A stretch of 43,346 nt of DNA from an uncultured bacterium. GTDB taxonomy: Bacteria; Lernaellota; Lernaellaia; Lernaellales; Lernaellaceae. Positions 36,537 to 43,346 of this stretch are shown in pieces (within the stretch, counting starts at the first letter, position 1; the number at the start of each line of letters is the position of its first letter). Location: positions 1-43,346 of the forward strand of contig CAZHPN010000029.1 in assembly GCA_964534375.1 (NCBI GenBank), given 5' to 3'. Both the position numbers and the translations under genes were made by a program. A model generated the notes under the pieces. It was not told the DNA's origin and did not search any database. It saw nothing but the letters and a program-made list of their open reading frames with translations.

Positions 36537-38273
36537 TTATGCGCCAACGGCGCCGCTTTCTCCACGATCGCGGTCGGCCGCCGCCCCGTCGGCGCGAGGC
36601 CATTCGATGCGGACGACCGTCCCACGGCCCGGCGCGCTTTCCAGTCGGAACGCGGCGCCGGCGCCCAGCGCCCGCTCGCGCATGATCGTCAGTCCGCAGT
36701 GCCGCGGATGCTCCGCGCGCGCGGTCGGGTCGAACCCTTTGCCGTCGTCGGCCAGGGTCAACGTCACCACGCCGGCTTTTTCCGTGAGCGCGACCGTCAC
36801 CCGGCCGGCCTCGGCATGTTTGAACGCGTTGTTCAGCGCTTCCTGGGCAATGCGAAAGAACGCGGTGGCGGCGGAAATGGGCAATCGCGGCTGGAGAATT
36901 TCCCCGCGCACCTCGATCGCCAGCCCCGTGCGTTTCGCGAAATGCTCCGCATACCATTGCAACGAGGAAAGCAGCCCGTAATCGTCGAGCATGGGGGGGC
37001 GGAGATCGGCGATGACGCCGCGGATCCCGTCCGTGATCTCTTCGATCTGGCGCAAGGAATCGTCGATGCGCCGAAATTGGTCGCCCGGGGATTCGGCGGG
37101 GAGCTGGTTGCGCACGAGGCTGAGGTTGATGCCCACGACGGAAAGGGTTTGGCCGATCGTGTCGTGCAATTCGCGGGAAATCCGCTGCCGTTCGGCCTCG
37201 TGCGCATCGGTCATGCGCCGGGCAATCGCGCGCAACTCCTCGCGAGAACGGCGCACGTCCTCCAACGCCGCCTTGCGCTCAGTAATGTCGCGGAGAAAAA
37301 CCACGAGGTACCCGGCATTGTCGGGTTCGGCGGGCTTGAATACGACGCTGGCTTCGACGTCGAGTAATTTGCCGTCCTTACGTCGGAGTTGCGAATCGAG
37401 CCGTTCTTCGCCTCGCTCGACGAGTTTCCTGATGCGACCGGGCGTGTCGGTCGCCGACTCGGCCACGACCAAGTCGGCGATGCGCATCGTCAACAATTCC
37501 TGCTCGCTATACCCGCTCATGCGGCAATAGGCGTCGTTGACTTTCAACAATCGTCCTTCCAGGTCCGTGAGCACGAAGCCATCGATGGCGGTCTGCAGAA
37601 TGGCGCGCGATTGCTCACCCAGCCGGATATGACTTTTCGCCATAGATCGCCGAACGTCGATCGTGACCGCGGCGATCACGCCGGTAATGACCAAATAGAC
37701 GGCCACGTTCATGACGATCACGCGCGGATCGAGAAAGACCGCGCCCAGCCGGGCGCCGTCCCTCATGAAAGGCGCGTACGGCAGGATCCCCCGAAATTCC
37801 AGGAGCAAGACCGAAAACACGACGGCATTGCTCACGCCGATGATCCAATAGGCGTGTCGCCGGCGCAGATACAACAGCAAACAGAAGTTGACCGCGATGA
37901 TGAGGATGGTCTGCGTCGAGCCGAGCAGGCCCGTGAGATACGTGTGCGCCAGCGCCGCGCCCGCGAAAATCGGCAAAAACACCAGGACGCTGCGATAATG
38001 AAAGAAAATGGCCCGGTCGCCGATGCGCCGGGCGACATGGTTCGCGGCGATGAAGACCGCGATGACGAAAACGAGGAAGAGGTCCATCGCCAGCGAAAGG
38101 AAAACAGCCCGTGAGGCGAAAACGTCGCGGGTGTCGAAGAGCAGCGTGGCCGCCCATTGGCCGAGAAACAGCGGCACGAAGAACAGCGCCATCGCATAGC
38201 CGCCGAAGAGGATCCTGTCTCGCGCCTCGTAGAGAGCCTGCCGGTCGTCGAAGGACATGCCCGCCAGGTTCAT
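36537..38273 (-). CDS. Membrane sensor histidine kinase (polytopic N-terminus + PAS + HisKA_3 + HATPase_c; NarX/DegS type)
   Basis: The N-terminal roughly 200 aa has 5-6 hydrophobic segments. The PAS domain reads 'LQTAIDGFVLTDLEGRLLKVNDAYCRMSGYSEQELL'. The HisKA_3 H-box reads 'ERQRISRELHDTIGQTLS'. A 'GLTIMRERA' motif is present. There is a 4-nt overlap with the upstream hybrid kinase. Confidence 0.8.
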   Translation of the reverse strand: MNLAGMSFDDRQALYEARDRILFGGYAMALFFVPLFLGQWAATLLFDTRDVFASRAVFLSLAMDLFLVFVIAVFIAANHVARRIGDRAIFFHYRSVLVFLPIFAGAALAHTYLTGLLGSTQTILIIAVNFCLLLYLRRRHAYWIIGVSNAVVFSVLLLEFRGILPYAPFMRDGARLGAVFLDPRVIVMNVAVYLVITGVIAAVTIDVRRSMAKSHIRLGEQSRAILQTAIDGFVLTDLEGRLLKVNDAYCRMSGYSEQELLTMRIADLVVAESATDTPGRIRKLVERGEERLDSQLRRKDGKLLDVEASVVFKPAEPDNAGYLVVFLRDITERKAALEDVRRSREELRAIARRMTDAHEAERQRISRELHDTIGQTLSVVGINLSLVRNQLPAESPGDQFRRIDDSLRQIEEITDGIRGVIADLRPPMLDDYGLLSSLQWYAEHFAKRTGLAIEVRGEILQPRLPISAATAFFRIAQEALNNAFKHAEAGRVTVALTEKAGVVTLTLADDGKGFDPTARAEHPRHCGLTIMRERALGAGAAFRLESAPGRGTVVRIEWPRADGAAADRDRGESGAVGA

Positions 38274-41242
38274 GGCCGTTTTTTCGCCGCGGCGGGAGAG
38301 GGGGGCGGAGCGCCGTCGGGGCGCTCGGGGCTTTTCTCGCCGGAGTCCAATACCTCTCGGACCTTAGTCGCCAAGGCGGCCGTTGTGAACGGTTTGGCGA
38401 TGAATTGCGTTCCCGGATCCAGCACGCCGTGCTGCGCAATCGCGTCGTCGGCGTAACCGGACATAAACAGCACCCTGGTCGTCGGGCGAATCGCCGACAA
38501 GCGCTCCGCGAGGCGGCCGCCGCTCATCTGCGGCATGATCACGTCGGTCAGCAGCAAATCGATCGGTCCTGGATGCCGCTCGCAGGCCAGCAGGGCGTCG
38601 GCGCCGTTCCGGCAAGCGATCACCGTGTACCCGGACGCTTCCAGAATCCGCCGCACGAATTCCCGAACGTTATCTTCGTCTTCGACCAGCAGGATGGTCT
38701 CGGTCCCGCGGGCGCGCGTCGTTTCCGGCGTCTCCGGCGGCGCCGCCTCCGCGGCCGCGGCGAGGCGAGGCAGGCAGATCTTGAACGTTGTGCCGCGGCC
38801 GAGTTCGCTCTCCAGCCAGATCGCGCCGCCGCTTTGGCGGACGATCCCGTAGACCGTGGCCAAGCCGAGCCCGGAGCCTTTTCCCTGTTCCTTGGTCGTG
38901 AAAAACGGCTCGAACACCGACGCCTTCGTTGCTTCGTCCATCCCGCGTCCGGTATCCGACACCGCCAGCGTCACGTAGGGGCCGGGCGCGATTCCCAGGG
39001 GCCGCGCGGCGCTTGGTTCGTTCAGTTCGACATTGACGGTCTCGATCGTCAGGGTGCCCCCTTGCGGCATCGCGTCGCGGGAGTTGACCGCCAGGTTCAT
39101 CAGGACCAGCTCGAACTGCCCCGGGTCGGCTTTGACGCGGCCGAGGTCGGGCGCGAGCGCCAAAACGAGTTCGATGTCTTCGCCGAGGAATCGGCGCAGA
39201 ATCTCCGCCATTTCGAGGGTCGCTTTGTTGACGTCCAGAACGACGGGGCGCAGCACTTGCCGGCGGCCGAATGCCAAAAGCTGGCGGGTAAGGTTCGAGG
39301 CTCGCCGGCCGGAATCGAGAATGTTCTGCATGTCCTCGCGCAGCCGGTCCTCCGGCGCGAGATTGTCGATGGCATATTCGGCGTAACCGTTGATGACCTG
39401 CAGCAGGTTGTTGAAATCGTGCGCGACGCCGCCGGCGAGCCGACCCACGGCCTCCATTTTCAGCGCTTGCTGGAGTTGGTCGTTCAGCCGTTGCTTTTCT
39501 TCTTCCGCTCGCCGCAGATCGGTGACGTCCTGCACAATTCGCATGCCGTACATAAAGCGACCGTCGGGCCCGCGCACCGCCGAGGTCGTGACTTCGGCGC
39601 GGATCACCGCGCCGCCCTTCGTCAGATAGCGGCGTTCGCCGACGTACGCGGGCACTTTGCCCCGGATCACGCGGTCGAAAAGCGTGGCCGAAGAACCGGC
39701 GTCGTCGGGGGCCGTGATCTCGGCGATCGAACGGCCCTGCAACTCGGCCCGCGTATAACCCAGCATTCCGCAAAGGGCTTCGTTCACCTCCTCGAAGCGG
39801 CCTTCCGCGTCGGTCAACGCCACGCCGATCGGGGCGCGGAGGAACAGCGAACGGAAGCGAGCTTCGCTGTCGCGCAGCGCCTTCTCCGTTTTTTTCTGTT
39901 CGGTGACATCGCGAAAAACCCAGATGCGCCCGAAATAGGCGCCGTCTTTGCCGATCACCGGAGCGGTATAGCGATCCAGAATCATCCCGTCTCTGAACTC
40001 CACTTCGTCGCGGACGGTTTCGTCGGGATGAGCGTATAAGTAAAGCGCTCTTTCGAGAAACGCTTCCGGATCCTTGGCCAGATTCTTGACGAACTCCAAC
40101 TGCCGCGCGGCGTCCGGGTCGGCCGCGATCTGCTCGGGAACTCCCCACAAATCGACGCATCGCCGATTCTGGACGATCTTTTTTCTGTTGCAGTCGACGA
40201 TCAGGATTCCGTCGATCGTGGAATCGAGCTGAGCTTCGAGAAGGGCCTTTTGCGCACGTATTTCGGCGTCCGCCCGCTTGCGTTCCGTGTTGTCACGGCT
40301 GTTCAGCACGATCCCTTTCACGAGCGGATCGCGCAGGCGGTTGCAGCCGATCGTTTCCAAGTCGACCCACGTCCCGTTCTTGTGGCGGAAGCGATGTTCG
40401 GCCTTGCGCACGGCTCCCGGCTCGGCCAAACCGTCGGCAAAAATCGTTGAAATGGCGGCTAGGTCATCCGGATGGACGCGGGCAAACATGGATTGGCCGA
40501 GCAACTCCTCGGGCCGATAACCGAGGATCCCGAAGATCGATTCGCTGATATAAGTGGGCACGGCGTTTTCGTCAAGAATCCCGATAATATCGTTCGAGTT
40601 CTGCACGAGCAGACGGAAATGTTTCTCGCGTTCGAGCAACAAGTTCTCGGCCCGCTTGCGGTCGCTGATGTCGCTCACCGTCACCCGGGAAACGCGTTCT
40701 CCACGCTCCTCGTCCCGAGCCGCAGTCGCTTCCAGCCGCGCCCAAAACGGGCCGACCCCCGCCCGCAACATGTGCAACTCGCACGCCTGCCGGGCGCCGG
40801 TTTCCGCGAGCTGTGTGCAAAACACCCGGAAAACGTCCTGGTCCGCGGGCAGGATGAATCGCGCCAGCGGCAGCTTGAACAAGACGCCTCGCTCGATGCC
40901 CAACAGCGCGGCCGCCGTGAGGTTGACGTCCAGCATCAGTTCGTCTTCGCTAAGGGTGACGTAGCCGACTGGGGCCAGGTCGTACAATTCGAAATACCGC
41001 GCCCGCGACGCTTCCAGTTCCCCCCGCGCGGCGCGAAGTTCCTCGTTCTGGGCCTCCACCTCGATTTGTTGGATCTGCAATTCCTGCAGCAATCGCTTCA
41101 CGTCGGCAGGGGGATCGGCCGCAGCCCCTTTGGTCGTGACGGCGCGGGGACTGTCGCCGGCGGGCGATGCGCCGCGGCGTCCGCCCTTATCCACCGTCGG
41201 ACGCGACTTGGTCTTGGTGCGCGGCTTGTCTTTTGCGGTCAT
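38270..41242 (-). CDS. Multi-PAS hybrid histidine kinase, a paralogue of 31941-35612, with the same N-terminal 'LQxQQIEVEAQNEEL' motif and a C-terminal receiver
   Basis: The N-terminus is 'LLQELQIQQIEVEAQNEELRAARGELEASRARYFELYDLAPVGYVTL'. The H-box is 'GGVAHDFNNLLQVINGYAE' and the G box is 'GKGSGLGLATVYGIVRQSGG'. The receiver reads 'ILLVEDEDNV...LLLTDVIMPQMSG'. DNA of its 3' two-thirds appears roughly 80-85% identical, by eye, to the corresponding part of 31941-35612. Confidence 0.8.
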   Translation of the reverse strand: MTAKDKPRTKTKSRPTVDKGGRRGASPAGDSPRAVTTKGAAADPPADVKRLLQELQIQQIEVEAQNEELRAARGELEASRARYFELYDLAPVGYVTLSEDELMLDVNLTAAALLGIERGVLFKLPLARFILPADQDVFRVFCTQLAETGARQACELHMLRAGVGPFWARLEATAARDEERGERVSRVTVSDISDRKRAENLLLEREKHFRLLVQNSNDIIGILDENAVPTYISESIFGILGYRPEELLGQSMFARVHPDDLAAISTIFADGLAEPGAVRKAEHRFRHKNGTWVDLETIGCNRLRDPLVKGIVLNSRDNTERKRADAEIRAQKALLEAQLDSTIDGILIVDCNRKKIVQNRRCVDLWGVPEQIAADPDAARQLEFVKNLAKDPEAFLERALYLYAHPDETVRDEVEFRDGMILDRYTAPVIGKDGAYFGRIWVFRDVTEQKKTEKALRDSEARFRSLFLRAPIGVALTDAEGRFEEVNEALCGMLGYTRAELQGRSIAEITAPDDAGSSATLFDRVIRGKVPAYVGERRYLTKGGAVIRAEVTTSAVRGPDGRFMYGMRIVQDVTDLRRAEEEKQRLNDQLQQALKMEAVGRLAGGVAHDFNNLLQVINGYAEYAIDNLAPEDRLREDMQNILDSGRRASNLTRQLLAFGRRQVLRPVVLDVNKATLEMAEILRRFLGEDIELVLALAPDLGRVKADPGQFELVLMNLAVNSRDAMPQGGTLTIETVNVELNEPSAARPLGIAPGPYVTLAVSDTGRGMDEATKASVFEPFFTTKEQGKGSGLGLATVYGIVRQSGGAIWLESELGRGTTFKICLPRLAAAAEAAPPETPETTRARGTETILLVEDEDNVREFVRRILEASGYTVIACRNGADALLACERHPGPIDLLLTDVIMPQMSGGRLAERLSAIRPTTRVLFMSGYADDAIAQHGVLDPGTQFIAKPFTTAALATKVREVLDSGEKSPERPDGAPPPSPAAAKKRP

Positions 41243-41474
41243 CGTTCGATCCCCGTTGGCGATTTGGCAATCGCGTCACGACGAAACTCACGTGTCGCGC
41301 GGCGGAAAGGCTCGGGGCGAAGAAAGGGCTTCAACAACAACAGACGCCTGGAAGCCCTCCGACGACGTATTTTTCTAATCACAGACGACCCGCGCAGCAC
41401 GGAAACCGCTTCGGCTCACTAGACGCCTGTGCGTCGACGTTGTCAATCTTTGTTTCCGATCGGCAGGCCGACGC

Positions 41475-42851
41475 CTACCTCCCCGATCCCGGTCCTTCTT
41501 TCTTGATGCCGTATTTTTTCATGCGATAACGCAACGTTTCTACAGGGAGGCGCAAGGCCCTCGCGGCGCGGCTGCGATTGAAGTCATTGGCGCGCAACGC
41601 GTCGAGGATGATGCGCTTTTCGAAATCTTCCTTTTCCCCCGTGATGCCGGCCTTGCGCTCGGTTTCCGCGGAGGCGACCAGGAAGTCCATCGGCAGGTCC
41701 GGAATGTCGAGAAATTCCTTCTTCGGCGACGCGTATATCGTCATGCGCTCGATCGTGTGCGACAGCTCGCGAACGTTGCCGTGCCAGGGTTGCCGCGCGA
41801 AAATCTCGTACACGTCCGGCGTAAAGCCGATCAGCTCCTTGCGATATTTCCGGGCGTAGCGGCACAGGAAAAACAGGCTGAGCGCGTGAATGTCGTCGCG
41901 CCGCTCCCGCAGCGGCGGCACGTGAATCGGCATGACCACGAGGCGATAGTACAGATCGAGGCGAAACTGACCGTCCTCCAACATTTCGTCCAGACGCCGC
42001 GACGTCGCCGCGATGATCCGCACGTCGCCCTTGACCCGGCGATTCGACCCGACGCGTTCGATCTCGCCGTCCTCGATGACACGCAGCAGTTTGACCTGCT
42101 GCTCCAGCGCCAGATCGCCGATCTCGTCGAGAAAGATCGTGCCGCCGTCGGCCAGTTCGAATTTGCCCTCCTGGCTGTTCACCGCGCCGGTGTACGCGCC
42201 GCGTTCGTGACCGAAGAGGGTGGATTCGATCAGGTCCTTCGGAATCGCCGGCAAGTTGACGACCACGAACGGTTTGTCGGCCCGCGCGCCGGTCTGATGA
42301 ATGTACCGCGCCGCGAGGTCCTTGCCGGTGCCCGTTTCCCCGTTGAGCATGCAGATCGCGTCGCAGGAGCCGGCCATGTCCAGCTCGATCGCCAAATGCC
42401 GCGACGGCGCCGAATAACCGAGCAGCATGTCGCCCGCGAGAATGGAGCGGGAATCCTGAACGATGTAGATTCTCGTTGACGACGGCTCGGGCTCCCCCGC
42501 CAGACCGTGCAGATTCTCCAGCACGTCGGAAAAGGACGAGCGCTTTCGCAACAGGCCGAAAGCGTGCAAACGCTCGTCGCCGGCGGTCTTCTCATTTTCC
42601 GCGACCATCGTTTTCACGATCACCTGGGCCTCGGGCGAACGCGTGCGAACGGCATTCAAAATGGCAAGCAGCGGCGATTCCGGACCGACGAGACCCAGAA
42701 AAATCACATCGAATGTCTGTTGCGCCAGCAGCGTCAGCGCCGCACCGGAGTCCGCCGCGATCTGGACCGCATGACCCTCGCGGAAATCGAACGAAAACCT
42801 TTTTTGATGTTCTCTGTCGCCTTCGACAAGCAGAACTCGCAACGGTTTCAT
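41475..42851 (-). CDS. Sigma-54-dependent transcriptional activator with a pseudo-receiver (paralogue of 30571-31944)
   Basis: The start is the Met of '[16 protein letters not shown]', preceded by GAGCAGGAAATC. The receiver-like '[13 protein letters not shown]' has Gly at the phospho-acceptor position. The AAA+ domain reads '[15 protein letters not shown]' and '[15 protein letters not shown]'. The C-terminal HTH reads '[22 protein letters not shown]'. Confidence 0.8.
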   Translation of the reverse strand: MKPLRVLLVEGDREHQKRFSFDFREGHAVQIAADSGAALTLLAQQTFDVIFLGLVGPESPLLAILNAVRTRSPEAQVIVKTMVAENEKTAGDERLHAFGLLRKRSSFSDVLENLHGLAGEPEPSSTRIYIVQDSRSILAGDMLLGYSAPSRHLAIELDMAGSCDAICMLNGETGTGKDLAARYIHQTGARADKPFVVVNLPAIPKDLIESTLFGHERGAYTGAVNSQEGKFELADGGTIFLDEIGDLALEQQVKLLRVIEDGEIERVGSNRRVKGDVRIIAATSRRLDEMLEDGQFRLDLYYRLVVMPIHVPPLRERRDDIHALSLFFLCRYARKYRKELIGFTPDVYEIFARQPWHGNVRELSHTIERMTIYASPKKEFLDIPDLPMDFLVASAETERKAGITGEKEDFEKRIILDALRANDFNRSRAARALRLPVETLRYRMKKYGIKKEGPGSGR

Positions 42852-43305
42852 GATTTCCTGCTCGCGCCAATAGGGAAATAAGCGACCGCATCGCCGGGAG
42901 GCGAAAGCCAATCGAAGGCGCTTGCGGCAGCGTCACGAACCGCTGGAACGGGCGACCGATCGGGGCCGGTCAACGCAGGCCCCCGCCAAGCTGAACGGCT
43001 CGAACAAAACTGCACACACAAACGCGCTCTAAAAAGACGCGTAAGAACCAACTCGCTCCCCCGCGCACTCTTGCACCGCAACCGCTGTCGACTGCGGGCT
43101 GCAACCTATTTTTTTCACTAAGTCAATTTTTCTGGAAAGTCAGCGCAGATGGCAGCTCCATCATGTCGACGAATCGACGCGCCGCTGAGCCTGCGACCAA
43201 ACCTCCTTTCTTTCCTAACCAACATTTGGAATCCTCTAGGCGCACGAGCATACCACAAGAAAACCCCACCGTGCAACTATTTAAGTAGTAATTGTAACAG
43301 ACACT

Positions 43306-43342
43306 CAAGATGTCCGCAGTATAAGCAGTTAAAGATGTCCGC
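43306..43342. repeat. Direct repeat AAGATGTCCGCA x2 (25-bp spacing) in an AT-richer tract at the 3' edge of the window
   Basis: Read directly. The last roughly 150 bp are clearly less GC-rich than the rest of the window. Confidence 0.4.
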
Positions 43343-43346
43343 ATCT

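Overview
This is a 43.3-kb, high-GC window with dense two-component and sigma-54 regulation, probably from a deltaproteobacterium-like genome (inference only). It holds three blocks.

(1) 1-6.3 kb: a polysaccharide pyruvyl-transferase-like gene; a PIN-domain toxin followed by a small protein with a strong ribosome-binding site (SD); and a Cys-x-Glu class glycyl radical enzyme on the minus strand with no activating enzyme nearby. Upstream of that enzyme lies a 1.3-kb non-coding region carrying a 73-bp periodic repeat array and a GCGGGAGTG motif closed by an inverted triple copy.

(2) 6.3-30.6 kb: a gas-vesicle (gvp) locus. It contains gvpA, gvpN, two gvpF/L-like genes, gvpG, gvpK, two GvpJ/M-like genes and two Hsp20-like genes. 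A sigma-54 -24/-12 promoter sits directly upstream of gvpA. The block immediately upstream of gvpA is a CDC48-like double-AAA ATPase, a histidine kinase and an NtrC-type enhancer-binding response regulator.

The gvp locus is interrupted by a signalling island: a CheR-PAS methyltransferase translationally coupled to a PAS histidine kinase, a receiver-HD-GYP phosphodiesterase, a roughly 1500-aa hybrid kinase (3 near-identical tandem PAS repeats, 2 receivers, an Hpt domain), and a receiver-GGDEF cyclase. Several gvp-type structural domains carry unusual fusions: GvpJ with a zinc ribbon, GvpJ/M with tandem PH/GRAM-like domains, and a PH-like domain with Hsp20. No GvpC-like repeat protein is evident.

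(3) 30.6-42.9 kb, minus strand: two diverged copies of a module made of a sigma-54 activator with a pseudo-receiver (Gly at the phospho-acceptor position) and a multi-PAS hybrid kinase. The two copies are in opposite gene order and flank a NarX/NarL-type pair.

All three PAS kinases that begin with the motif 'LLxELQxxQxELExQNxEL' lie in this window together with the stand-alone CheR. This suggests a methylation-adapted kinase network controlling buoyancy and c-di-GMP (hypothesis). Many six-frame ORFs on the opposite strand or frame are high-GC artefacts and are not reported.
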